Below the pieces are notes generated by a model. The model was not told the DNA's origin. It did not search any database and was given only the letters and a program-made list of their open reading frames with translations. A DNA stretch of 64,000 nucleotides, from assembly GCF_963921235.1 (NCBI RefSeq), contig NC_086097.1, positions 24,492,001 through 24,556,000 on the forward strand. Direction: 5' to 3'. The translations under genes and the position numbers were made by a program. This DNA comes from Mobula hypostoma. Lineage: Eukaryota. Below, piece by piece: positions 13,190 through 25,740 of this stretch (its first letter is position 1; each line of letters opens with the position of its first letter).

Positions 13190-13408
13190 CGGCCGGTGGT
13201 GTTGTGGCCTCAGCACCAGACTTCAAGGCAAATGGTCCTGGGTTTGAATCCAGCCAGCCCCCTTGCATGCTTTCTATCCAGGTTGGAAACTAGCTGGGTT
13301 GAGTGTCAAGCTAGCAACTCGGGCTCATAAAAAAAAACAGATAAGTGCTAAGGAAACGGCAAAAATGCTGCCCTAGTGTGCCACAAGGCACAGAAACAAA
13401 CAACAACC
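13190..13408 (+). mobile_element. tRNA-derived SINE (family of 59515-59707)
   Basis: GGCCGGTGGTGTTGTGG...GGTTTGAATCC head; body GGGTTGAGTGTCAAGCTAGCAACTCGG shared with 59515-59707. Confidence 0.65.
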
Positions 13409-15971
13409 ACCTTATAATTATGTCCACTTGAGTTAGCCATTTACACCCTGGGAAAAGCCTCCTCATCTGTGTTCTAAAGATACGTCCTCCTGTTCTGAGG
13501 CTCTGTTTTCCAGTTCTGGGCTCTCCTACTACAGGAAATATCCTTGCCGTCCACTCTATCCAGGCCTTTCAATATTCAGTAGGATTTAATGAAATTCCCT
13601 ACTCCCACTTCATTCTTCGAAACTTCAGAGCTATCAAATGCTTTTCATGCATTAATCCTTTTGTTCCCAGGACCATCACCTGGGATACAACCTTAAAACC
13701 TCACCATCCTAGCTAAAGGAGATACTGTAACAGAAACCAGAGTTGTACTGCTTCTTTTTATTCAGTGATCTTTGCTGCAGGTGCTTGTGGATGGACGTCA
13801 GGAGTGAACAGAGCTGGATTTTGATGTGTTTCTCAATAGCCTGGTTGCACTTACCATATAACCTATCCACCCAACCTACGTTTCATGTCATCTTTACACC
13901 TGATGCATTTTATAATCATAATCTTATACTCTCAGCCTCGTGGATGGAGACCCAAGAGAGAATAAACCAGTCAAATTGCCTAAATAGCAGAGGCAATTCA
14001 TTTGGGGTGAAAGGGAGTAATTCAAAGGAGATGTACGGAGCAAGATATTTATAGGGAGAATGATTTGCCCTTGCTATGCATTGCCAGGGGTGATAGTGGA
14101 GGCAAATGTGATAGAGTCATTAGAGAGGCTCTTAGATAGGCATATGAATGGAGGATTATGGACATTGTGTAGGCAGAAGGGATTAGTTTAGTGAGGCATC
14201 TAATTACGAGTTTAATTAGTTCAGCACATCGTGTGTGTTGGAAATTAGTTGGAACTTTAACAACTGCTTCATCGTTATATTTATACTGAAACCAGAATTT
14301 TATATCAAGATGATGATTTAATCGCTCGATCAAATGATTTAATCAGTTTTTATCTTCTCAGAATATTACAAAGGGATTTGAACTCACAATATCCTAGTCG
14401 TTAATTCAAAATTTCAAGTTGATTATATAACAATTGCACTACCATTGAGCAAGTATCACTTCAATACAGATAGTTTCAACACCTCCTGTAGGTTTTAAAT
14501 TCCAAATTAGCTTTAAAATTTACAAAAATACATTTTCTACATTTGCTGCTGACAAAATCTGTTTTGTGATATTTCCCCTTTCCATTATGCGCTAATAGAG
14601 ATACAAAGTTCTGAAGGGTATAAATAGGGTAAATGCGAGCTGTAATGTTTGTGATTCTATGACTCTGTGACTCTAAACCTCTTAGTGTCTCACTTTTTTA
14701 CCGTTTCCAACCCAGATGTGGTCCAAGCCTGTTTCTCAAGCAGTGATGTTGCAGTTAGAAAAATGCAGAGCTGTATTCGTGTGAGTGAGATGGAGTCTGC
14801 ATCAAACCTCAACAGACAATTCTGTCTCAAGATTGTTTTTTGTTGTTCTGTTTACCTGGAGATCCCACACAGCACTAAAGGAATTCTTGGTCACGTGTCA
14901 AGTGACTTCAACACTTGACACATGACCAAATAAGAAAATAGGATGAATAGCACAAAAGTTCAAAGTGTGCGGCTTCAAGCTGTAAAATTTCATCCAGAGC
15001 TGGGGGGATTTAAAGATGGAGTTTTAGAACTTAGATCCTGTATATTTAACAGAATGGCCATCAATATGGCAGTCAAAACACATTTTGACAGATACATGAA
15101 TTGTCAAAGTAAAATTTATTATCAAATTATGTATATGTTACCGTATACTACCTTGAAATTCGCTTTCTTGCAGCATTTACAGCAACGTAGAGAAACACGT
15201 TAGAATTTATGAAAACTACACATAAACAAATACTGATAAACAGCCAGTGTGCAAAAGAAGGTAAATGATGGAGGAGGATAGGACTGAGGATGGGGCTGTT
15301 GGTATATAAGTCAATACAGCGTGCAATGGAAATGTCAGGGCAGACAGGGCAGATGATAGGGCAAAACTACAGTTAATGGGATGAGGCGATGTGTAACATG
15401 GGGGCAACATCAAAGTGATGAATACAGGACTGAAGGTGTTATATTTGAATGCATGCATTATATAGAATAACATAGATGAAAGGTAGATGAACTTGTAGCG
15501 CAGAAAGGGATTAGCAGGTATGTTGTTGTGGGCATCACTGAGTCATGGCTGAAAGAAGATCATAGTTGGGAGCTTAACATCCAAAGATATGCAGTGTAAC
15601 CAAAGGACAAGCAGGTAGGAAGAGGGGGTGGAGTGTCTCTATTGGTAACAAAATGAAATCAAGTCCTTAGAAGGAGGTGACATAGGATCGGGAGATGTAG
15701 AATCCTTGTGGGTTGAGTTTAAAAAACTGCAAGGCTAAAAAGAGCTTGATTGGAAACATTTACAAGCCGCCAAGCAGTAGCCAGGAAGTGGGATATAAAT
15801 TTCAACGGGAAATAGAAAAAGCATGTAATAAGGACAATGTTATAATAGTCATAGGGGATTTCAATATGCAGGCAGGTTGGGAAAATTAGGTTCGTGCTGG
15901 ATTACAAAAGGGGAAATTTCTAGAATGCCTATGAGATGGCTTTTTGAAGCAGCTTTTGGTTGAGCTCACTA

Positions 15972-16298
15972 AACGACATAGGCAGGAAAAGGGATGAGGT
16001 CCTGAAGTGTGAGTTTCGGGAACTAGGCAGAAGGCTGAAGAACAGGACCTCAAGGGTGACGTTCTCAGGATTGCTGCCAGTGCTACGTGACAGTGATGGT
16101 AAGAATTGGAGGAGATGGCAGTTGAATGCGTGGCTGAGGAGTTGGTTCAGGGAGCAGGGTTTTAGATTTTTAGATCATTGGGATCTCTTCTGGGGAAGGT
16201 GGGACCTGTACAGATTGGATGGGTTGCACCTGAACTCGAGGGGGAGCAATATCCTTGCTGGTAGGTTTGCTAGCATGGTTCGGGAGGGTTTAAACTAA
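15972..16298 (+). CDS. CR1 ORF1 SGNH-esterase domain, C-terminal part (truncated)
   Basis: NDIG...SGLLP...LNAWL..W...GFRFLDHW...DGLHLN.RG (DxxH motif). Confidence 0.85.
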   Translation, partial: NDIGRKRDEVLKCEFRELGRRLKNRTSRVTFSGLLPVLRDSDGKNWRRWQLNAWLRSWFREQGFRFLDHWDLFWGRWDLYRLDGLHLNSRGSNILAGRFASMVREGLN

Positions 16299-16333
16299 TT
16301 TGCGAGGGGGATGGGACCCAGAGCAATAGAGCA

Positions 16334-19156
16334 GTGAAAGAAGTGCATGGAGTAAAGCCAGATCTAACATATAGAGAGGCTTTGAGGAAAGAGAAGCAGA
16401 ATAAACGGTGTAAAGACAGTAAGGTAGAAGAGCTGAAATGTGTGTACCTCAATGCAAGAAGCATCAGGAACAAAGGTGATGAACTGAGAGCTTGGATACA
16501 TACATGGAATTATGATGTAGTGGCCATTACAGAAACTTGGCTGGCACCAGGGCAGGAATGGATTCTCAATATTCCTGGATTTCAGTGCTTTAAAAGGGAT
16601 AGAGAGGGCGGAAAAAGGGGAGGAGGGGTGGCATTACTGGTCAGGGATACTACTACAGCTACAGAAAGGGTGGGTAATGTAGCAGGATCCTCTTTTGAGT
16701 CAATATGGGTGGAAGTCAGGAACAGGAAGGGAGCAGTTACTCTACTGGGGGTATTTTATAGGCCCCCCTGGTAACAGCAGAGATACAGAGGAGCAGATTG
16801 GGAGACAGATTGTGGAAAGGTGCAAAAATAACAGGGTTGTTATCATGGGTGACTTTAACTTCCCTAATATTGATTGGCACCTGATTAGTTCCAAGGGTTT
16901 AGATGGGGCAGAGTTTGTTAAGCGTGTCCAGGACAGATTCCTGTCACAGTATGTGGACAGGTCAACCAGGGAGAATGCCATACTAGATCTAGTACTAGGT
17001 AATGAACCGGGTCAGGTCACAGATCTCTCAGTGGGTGAGCATCTGGGGGACAGTGACCACCGCTCCCTGGCCTTTAGCATTATCATGGAAAAGGATAGAA
17101 TCAGAGAGGACAGGAAAATGTTTAATTGGGGAAGGGCAAATTATGAGGCTATAAGGCTAGAATTTGCGGGTGTGAATTGGGATGATGTTTTTGCAGGGAA
17201 ATGTACTATGGACATGCGGTCGATGTTTAGAGATCTCTTGTGGGATGTAAGGGATAAATTTGTCCCGGTGAGGAAGATAAAGAATGGTAGGGTGAAGGAA
17301 CCATGGGTGACAAGTGAGGTGGAATATCTAGTCAGGTGGAAGAAGGCAGCATACATGAGGTTTAGGAAGCAAGGATCAGATGGGTCTATTGAGGAATATA
17401 GGGAAGCAAGAAAGGAGTTTAAGAAGGGGCTGAGAAGAGCAAGGAGGGAGCATGAGAAGGCCTTGGTGAGTAGGGTAAAGGAAAACCCCATGGCATTCTT
17501 CTATTATGTGAAGAACAAAAGGATGACAGGAGTGAAGGTAGGACCGATTAGAGATAAAGGTGGGAAGATGTACCTGGAGGCTGTGAAAGTGAGCGAGGTC
17601 CTCAATGAATACTTCTCTTCGGTATTCACCAATGAGATGGGAGGTGTATGGAGGGATATGGTCCGTGTGCAGGTCAGTGGGACTAGGCAGAATATGGTTC
17701 GGCACAGCCAAGAAGGGCCAAAAGGCCTGTTTCTGTGCTGTAGTTTCTATGGTTTCTATGGTTTTCTATGGAGAGGGAACTTGATGATGGTGAGGACAAT
17801 ATGAGTGAGGTTGATGTTTTGGAGCATGTTGATATTAAGGGAGAGGAGGTGTTGGAGTTGTTAAAATACATTAAGACAGATAAGTCCCCGGGACCTGTCG
17901 GAATATTCCCCAGGCTGCTCCACGAGGCGAGAGAAGAGATTGCTGAGTCTCTGGCTAGGATCTTTATGTCCTCGTTGTCCACGGGAATGGTACCGGAGGA
18001 TTGGAGGGAGTCGAATGTTGTCCCCTTGTTCAAAAAAGGTAGTAGGGATAGTTCGGGTAATTACAGACCAGTGAGCCTTACTTCTGTGGTGGGAAAGCTG
18101 TTGAAAAGGATTCTTAGAGATAAGATCTATAGACATTTAGAGAATCATGGTCTGATCAGGGACAGTCAGCATGGCTTTGTGAAGGGCAGATCGTGTCCAA
18201 CAAGCCAGATAGAGTTCTTTGAGGAGGTGACCAGGCATATAGATGAGGGTAGTGCAGTGGATGTGATCTATATGGATTTTAGTAAGGCATTTGACAAGGT
18301 TCCACACGGTAGACTTATTCAGAAAGTTAGAAGGCATGGGATCCAGGGAAGTTTGGCCAGGTGGATTCAGAATTGGCTTGCCTGCAGAAGGCAGAGGGTG
18401 GTGGTGGAGGGAGTACATTCAGGTTGGAGGATTGTGACTAGTGGTGTCCCACAAGGATCTGTTCTGGGACCTCTACTTTTCATGATTTTTATTAACGACC
18501 TGGATGTGGGGGTAGAAGGGTGGGTTGGCAAGTTTGCAGACGACACAAAGGTTGGTGGTGTTGTAGATAGTGTAGAGGATTGTCAAAGATTGCAGAGAGA
18601 CATCGATAGGATGCAGAAGTGGACTGAGAATTGGCAGATGGAGTTCAACCCGGAGAAGTGTGAGGTGGTAGACTTTGGAAGGACAAACTCCAAGGCAGAG
18701 TACAAAGTAAATGGCAGGATACTTGGTAGTGTGGAGGAGCAGAGGGATCTTGAGGTACATGTCCACAGAACCCTGAAAGTTGCCTCACAGGTGGATAGGG
18801 TAGTTAAGAAAGCTTATGGGGTGTTAGCTTTCATAAGTCGAGGGATAGAGTTTAAGAGTCGCGATGTAATGATGCAGCTCTATAAAACTCTGGTTAGGCC
18901 ACACTTGGAGTACTGTGTCCAATTCTGGTCACTTCACTGTAGGAAGGATGTGGAAGCATTGGAAAGGGTACAGAGGAGATTTACCAGGATGCTGCCTGGT
19001 TTAGAGAGTATGCATTATGATCAGAGATTCAGGGAGCTAGGGCTTTACTCTTTGGAGAGAAGGAGGATGAGAGGAGACATGATAGAGGTGTACAAGATAA
19101 TAAGAGGAATAGATCCCCAGGGCACCACTGCTCAATACAAGAGGACATGGCTTTAA
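16334..19156 (+). pseudogene. CR1 ORF2 (APE endonuclease plus reverse transcriptase), disrupted
   Basis: YLNARSIRNK, AITETWL, MGDFN, SDH; RT motifs QHGF, YMDFSKAFD, GVPQGSVLGP, FADD. Frameshift at about 16770, a 137-nt insertion at 17634 and a 23-nt deletion at about 19114 (relative to the copy at 47598-47620). Confidence 0.92.
17638..17770 (+). mobile_element. short CR1 3'-end insertion within ORF2 of the young CR1
   Basis: CR1 3' UTR ending in (TTTCTATGG)n. GAGA is duplicated at 17634-17637 and 17771-17774, and removing 137 nt restores the host frame (FTN-ERELDD). Confidence 0.85.
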
Positions 19157-21649
19157 GGTAAGGGGTGGGAAGTTCAAGGGGGATATTAGAGGAAGGTTTT
19201 TTACTCAGAGAGTGGTTGGTGCGTGGAATGCACTGCCTGAGTCAGTGGTGGAGGCAGATACACTAGTGAAGTTTAAGAGACTACTAGACAGGTATATGGA
19301 GGAAATTACGGTGGGGGCTTATATGGGAGGCAGGGTTTGAGGGTCGGCACAACATTGTGGGCTGAAGGGCCTGTACTGTGCTGTACTATTCTATGTTCTA
19401 TGTTCTCACACTTGAGAGGCAATGGTTATAACATAATAGAATTCATCTTGCAGTTCAAGAGGGATAAGATAAAATCAGATATATCAGAATTAAGTGGAGT
19501 AAAGGTAATTAGAGGCATGAGAGAGGAACGAGCCAAAATTGATTGGAAGGGGACACCAGCAGGGATGATGGCAGAACAACAATGGCTGGGGTTTCTGGGA
19601 ACAATTTAGAAGGCGCAGGACAGATACTTCCCAAGGATGAAGAAGTATTCTAAAGGGAGGATGAGGCAACTGTGGCTGACAAGGGAAGTCAAACACAGCA
19701 TAAATGCAAAAGAGAGGTCATGTAATGTAGCAAAACATAGTGGAAAGTTAGTGGGTTGGGAAGTTTTTAAAAACCAGCAGAAAGCAACTAAAAAAAAGAG
19801 AGAAAAGATGAAATATGAAGGTAAGTTAGCCAATGATATAAAAGAGGATTCCAATTTTTTTTCAGATATATGAAGAGAAAAGGAGGCAAGAGTGGATATT
19901 GGACCCATGGAAAATGATATTAGAGAGGTAGTAATGGTAGACACAGAAATGAAGGATGAACTTAATTAGTATTTTGTGTCATTCTTCACTGTGGAAGACA
20001 CTAGCAGTATGCCAGAAATTTGAGAGTGTCGGGGGCAGATGTGAGTGTAGTTGGTATTACTAAGAGAAGGTGCTAGGGAAGCTGAAAGGTCTGAAGATAA
20101 ATAAATCACCTGGACCTGATAGTGTATACCCCTGGATTCTGAAAGAGGTAGCTGAAGGGATTGTGGGGACATTAGTATTGATCTTTGAGAAATCACTAGA
20201 TTCTGGAATGGTTCCAGAGACCTAGAAAATTGCAAATGTCATTCCACTCTTTAAGAATGAAGGGAGGCAAAAGAAAAGGAAATTATAGACCAGTTAGCCT
20301 GACTTCAGAGGTCAGGAAGATATTGGAGTCCATTATTAAGGATGAGGTTTCAGGATACTTGGAGGTGCATGATAATGTCGGTCAAAGTCAGCTTGCTTCC
20401 TTTAGGGGAAATCTTGTATGACAGATCTGTTGTAATTCCTTGAGAAAATAACAGGCAAGATAGACAAAGGAGAGACAGTGCATGTTTACTTGGATTTTCA
20501 GAAGGCCTTTGACAAAGTGCCACACATGAAACTGCTTAACAAGACAAGAGCCCATGATATGACAGGGAAAATGCTAACAATGTTAGAAGATTAGCTGACT
20601 GCCAGGAGGCAGAGAGTCAGAATAAAGGGTGCCAATTCTGGTTGACTGCCAGTGACAAGTGGTGTTACGCAGCGGTCGGTCTTGGGACAACAGCTTTTAA
20701 TGTTATATGTCAATAATTTGGATGATGGAATTGATGGCTTTGTGGCCAAGTTTGCAGATGATACAAAGATTGGAGGAGGCTCAGGTAGTGTTGAGGAATC
20801 TGGGTGTCTGTATAAGAACTTGGACAGATTGAGAGCATGGCCAAAGAAGTGACAAGTGTCAGCAAGTGTGTGGTCATGCACTTTGGTAGAAGGAATAAAG
20901 GTGTAGAGTATTTTCTAAACGGGAAGAAATTTTAAAAATCGGAGGTGGAAAGGGACGTGGGAGTCTTTGTGCAGGATTCTGTAAAGTTTAACTTATAGGC
21001 TCAGTCAGTGGTAACAAAAGGAATTGCAATGTTAACATTCATTTGAAGAGGACTAGGATATAAAAGCAAGGATGTGATGCTGACATTTTATAAGGCATTT
21101 GTCGGACTACGTGGAGTATTGTGAGCAATTGTGGACACCTTATCTAAGAAAAGATGTGCTGGCATTGCGGAGGGTCCAGAGGAGGTTCACGAGAATGATT
21201 CCAGCAATGGAAGTGTTATTATAGCAGCAACAATTGGAGGCTCTGAGCCTGGACTCGCTGGAGTTTAGAAGAATGATGGGGGAATCTCACTGATTGAATA
21301 TTGAAAGGCCTAGACAGAGTGGATTGAGGAGAGGGTATTTCCTATACTGGATGAGATTAGGACTCAAGGGCACAGCCTCAGAATAGAGGGATATCCATTT
21401 AGAACAGGAACTTCTTTAGCCAGAGGAAAGTGAATCTGTGGAATTCATTGCCATGGATGGCTGTGGAGACCAAATCATTGAGTACATTTAAAGCAGAGAT
21501 TTATACGTTCTTGGTCAGTCTGGGCATCAAAGGTTATGGGAGGCGCAGTGGAAAAGGATACTAAATAAACCATGATCGAAAGGTGGAGTAAATTTGATGG
21601 GCCAAGTGGCTTAATTCTGCTCTTATGTTTTATAGTCTTGTAGTTAATC

Positions 21650-21990
21650 AAAAATGAATAAATAAATAATACTGAGAACATGAGTTGTAGAGTCCTTGAA
21701 AATGAGTCTGTAGATTGTGGACTCAGTTCAGAGTTGTGGTGAGTGAAGTTATCCATGCTGTTTCATGAACCTGAAGGCAGTGGTGTAATAGGTATCTTCG
21801 AACCTGGTGGTGTGGGACCAGGCTCCTGTGCCTCCTGCCTGATGGTAGTAGTGAGAAGAGGGCATGGCCTGGATGGTGGCAGTCCTTTGTGATGGATGCT
21901 GGGTTCTTGTGGCAGCATTTCTTGCAAATGTGCTGAATAGTGGGGAGAGCTTTTCCTGTCATGAACCGGGCTGTATCCAGAACCTTATGT
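21650..21990 (-). mobile_element. Rex1/Babar-derived 3' fragment
   Basis: KDCHHPGHALFSLLPSGRRHRSL; this family is abundant in the window. Confidence 0.65.
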
Positions 21991-22423
21991 AGAAAGGTTT
22001 AGGGGAACGGGGCCAAACACAGGAAAGGAGGATTATCTCAGTTAAACAACTAGTGAGCAAGGGCAAGATGAGACAAAAGGCCTGTTTTCCACTCTGCATT
22101 GCTCTTCAATCTATGACTTTATCACCTAGCCCTAGGAACTCTGCCCTCTGCAAACTGTAGCTGCTTGGACATTGTACATACAATTCATTCACTGTTAGTG
22201 GTCATGCCTTTAGCTATTTGGGCACTAAGCCCTAGAACTCCATTCTAATCCCTTCAGCTCCTGCTCAAACCTTTCATTTTGAAGTTTTGATAACTTTGTC
22301 TACATTTCTGCCCACTTTCATATTATTTAGTGGCACATTTTGTTTATTTGCCTTCCCAGGAAGCCATTGTTTAATGCTTTATGATGGGTGAGTCAGGAGG
22401 GAAAGGTATTGTTCAAGATGGGT

Positions 22424-22629
22424 TCATTCATTCGTTATGTGCCATGTCGTATGATGCTGGCAGTCATTGTCTCTCCATGATCATCCACCACCTGCTCCCA
22501 TGGCTTCACATCATCCTGATAGGGGGTTAAACAGGTGCTACACCTTGCCCACGGTGACCTGCGGGCTAGCAGACGGAAAGAGCGCCTTACAACTCCTTTG
22601 GTAGAGACATATCTCTACCCTGACACCCA
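22424..22629 (-). mobile_element. short non-autonomous retroposon with (GAAT)n tail
   Basis: Flanked by the 11-bp TSD TCAAGATGGGT (22413-22423, 22630-22640). 5' hairpin GGTAGAGATATGTCTCTACC. Confidence 0.7.
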
Positions 22630-22796
22630 TCAAGATGGGTGGGCAATTAATTAATAGATTATATTATGCCTGGATTAGAATGCGTGTTTTATAAGGTTAA
22701 GTTGCGTGAGCTAGTGCTTTTCTTTTAGGAGTGAAGGAGGATGAGAGGTGACTTGATATGGGGATACAAGATAAGACACATAGATAGAGTGGACAG

Positions 22797-23232
22797 GACA
22801 TGCTCTCTTCTCGCTGCTGCCATCAGGGAGAAGATACAGTAGCCTCGGGACTCACACCACCAGGTTCAGGAACAGTTATTGCCCCTCAACCATCAGGCTC
22901 TTGAACCAAAATGGACAACTTCACTGAATTTCACTTGCCCTGTCGTTAAGGTATTCCCACAACCTATGGACTCACTTTCAGAGACTTTTCATCTCATGTT
23001 CTTGATATTTATTGCTTATTTATTTATCGTTTCTTATTTCAGCTTTTTAGTATTTTCAAAGTTTGCTGTCTTTTGCATACTGGTTGAACACCTAAATTGG
23101 TGTGATCTTTGACTGATTCTATTACCGTTATTATTCTATTATGGATTTATTGAGTATGCCTACAAGAAAATAAATCTCAGGGTTGTATATGGTGACATAT
23201 ATGTACTTTGATAGTAAATTTACTTTGAACTT
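22797..23232 (+). mobile_element. Rex1/Babar-derived 3' fragment inserted in a CR1 remnant
   Basis: HALFSLLPSG..Y.SL.THTTRFRNSY sequence and a (CTTTGAA) tail; CR1 3' sequence on both sides. Confidence 0.7.
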
Positions 23233-23635
23233 TATCAGGGCAGAAATGGATAATATGAGTGGGCTTAGTTTTAAGATATTGCAGGAAAGTGTAGGGGAGG
23301 ATGCTAGAGGTAGGGTTTTACACAGAGGGTGGTTGGTACGTGGAATGCGCTGCTATGGGTGGTGGTAGGGACACTGAAAAGACTCTTAGATATGTATATG
23401 GATGATAGAAAAATGGAGGGCTGTGTAGAAGGGAAGTGTTAGATTGATGTTAGAGTCGGCTGAAAGGTCTGCAAAACATCATGGTCCAAGTGGCCTGTAC
23501 TGTGTTGTACTGTTCTATGTTCTGAATTGGAGGATTTTGATGGAGATCTGAAAACAAATACACCATACCCTGTGAAATTCTTTGTGAAAGATCCTCGATT
23601 CCTGAGGTACCGTCTTCCATCTAAGTGAGACAGGA

Positions 23636-24302
23636 ATTAGATTAGATTATGAGGACACTCAGTCCTCGTTTATCGTCATTTAGAAATGCATGCATTAAAA
23701 AATGATACAATGTTCCTCCAGAAAGATATCACAGAAACACAGGACAAACCAAGACTAAAACTGACAAAACCACATAATTATAACATATAGTTACAACAGT
23801 GCAAAGCAATACCGTAATTTGATAAAGAGCAGAAAAAAAGAGTCGGGAAAAAAAAGTCTCGATAGCCCCATCATCTCACGCAGACGGTAGAAGGGAGAAA
23901 CCCTCCCTGCCATGAACTCCAAGCGCCGCAAAGTTGCCGATGCATCGGAAGCACCCGACTGCAACTGACTCTGAGTCCGTCCGAAAACTTTAAGCCTCCA
24001 ACCAGCCCTCCGACCCCGAGCACCGAGCACCATCTCTGCTGAGCGCTTCGACCCTGCCCCGGCCGCCAAGCAACAAGCAAAGCCAAGGACTCAGGGCCTT
24101 CCCCTCCGGAGATTCTGGATCACACAGTAGCAGTGGCAGTGAAGCAGGCATTTCAGAAGTTTCACAGATGTTCCTCCATGCTCTCGCGTCCGTCTCCATC
24201 AAATCAGGATTGTGCATGGCACCCTACTTGACAGATGACAGATATCATTCACCAGAGTGGCCACTGCAAGCTGCGTCGCACCGCCATCTTCTCCTCCCGC
24301 CT
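23636..24302 (-). mobile_element. GC-rich non-autonomous retroposon with (TAATC)n tail
   Basis: Minus strand starts GCGGGAGGAGAAGATGGCG and ends AATAAAC...ATAATCTAATCTAAT. CpG-rich, no coding similarity recognised. Confidence 0.6.
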
Positions 24303-25214
24303 TAATTAGTTCTAATTAGAATTAGAACTTAGAATTTATTTAAAATCTTACATCCATCCCACAACGTGAGGGAGTAAAAATCTTTGTGTTATGACTCGGA
24401 TGCAATGTACAGACGTGTGAATTTAAAAGTCTAATGGCTTGTAGAAAGAAGCTGTCCTGTACCCTGATGATCCTGGCTTTAATGCTGTGGTAGCATTTGC
24501 CAGACAGAAGCAGCAAAAGCAGTTTATGGTTGGGGTGACTAGTGAGGGGGGAAAGTATTGCGCAAACTGAGGGGGGGGTCAATCCATATAGTAATAGATT
24601 ATATTCAGTAAATTTACTTGTCTTAAGCCTTATTGAATATTTGAAGGACAATAGTTGATAGGAAATGAGACAGGGGTTTAGGGGATTAATTTGCCATGTG
24701 CAATAAACTGTCTACCAATGTTGATTGCTGATCCATGAATTCTATCATTAGTCGTTCGGGTTGAGTTCCACAATCACACGGCCATAGTTATCCAGCGAGC
24801 AGACAAACAAGATCCAACACAGCAGATGCTCATGTGCATCAAATATTTTTATTCCTTAGATTGGTTTCTCTTTCTGCTTGTTACTGTTATACCATTAAAG
24901 CCAAGGGTGATCCCTGCCCTGAGGTGATGAACTGAACACACAGGGTCTTCTTTCTCTGGAAAGGTAACTGCTAGAGCAATCACGGAGGTTTAAGAGATAT
25001 GCAGAAATTGCTTTCTAAAGGTTAGCTTTATCAAAACATCGAAACATACAACAAAAGATGGCATTTGGGTCAACAACCAGCAGAGTCCTCCCATACACGA
25101 AAGATGAACTCTTGATATCCTAACCTGTCTTGTCAGGATCGTTCATTCTTTGTTTTTTAAGAAATGTTTTGATCACCTGCAGTACACTTTCTCTGTAACT
25201 TAGACACTACACTC

Positions 25215-25740
25215 CAATAAATTGCCTAATAAATCAGCCAGTGAGTGTGCTGTATGTTTGTGGTCCTCTGCTGCTGTAGCTCATCACATCAAGGTTTGAC
25301 TTGTTCTGCATTCAGAAATGCTCTTCTGCCCACCACTGTCGTAACATTTGAGTTTCTGTCACCTTCCTGTCAGCTTGAACCAGACTGGCCATTCTCCTCT
25401 GACATCTCTCATTAACAAGGGATGTTCACCTGTAGAACCACCACAACCACTGGGTGTTTTTCACACCATTCTCTGTAAATGCTAGAGACAGTTGTATGTG
25501 AAAATCCCAGCAGATCAGGAGCTTCTGAGATACTTAAACCACCCTGTCTGGCATCAATAATCATTCCACGGTCAAAGTCACAAAGATCACATTTCTTCCC
25601 ATTTGATTTGAGCAATAACTGAACCTCTTGATCACGTCTGCATGCTTTTATACATTGAGTTGCTGCACCGGTCGGCTGGCTAGATATTTGCATTAATGAG
25701 TAAGTGTACAGGTGCACCTAATATATGCTGTTGAGTGCAT
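25215..25740 (-). mobile_element. Tc1-derived element
   Basis: GKKCDLCDFDRGMIIDARQGGLSISEAPDLLGFSHTTVSSIYREWCEK. Confidence 0.75.

Larger units (their letters stand above)
15970..19404 (+). mobile_element. young 5'-truncated CR1 LINE (end of ORF1 esterase plus near-complete ORF2)
   Basis: Long ORFs 15960-16298, 16334-16774, 16695-17804 and 17768-19156; (TTCTATG)n tail; CTCAC on both flanks. Confidence 0.95.
15265..21640 (+). mobile_element. old CR1 LINE (ORF2 degenerate), interrupted by a younger CR1
   Basis: APE motifs at 15430-15965 (LKVLYLNA.., GITESWL, IGDFN). RT resumes at about 19410 (GNYRPVSLTS, FADDTKIGG) and runs to a CR1 3' tail at about 21640. Many stops and frameshifts. Confidence 0.85.
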
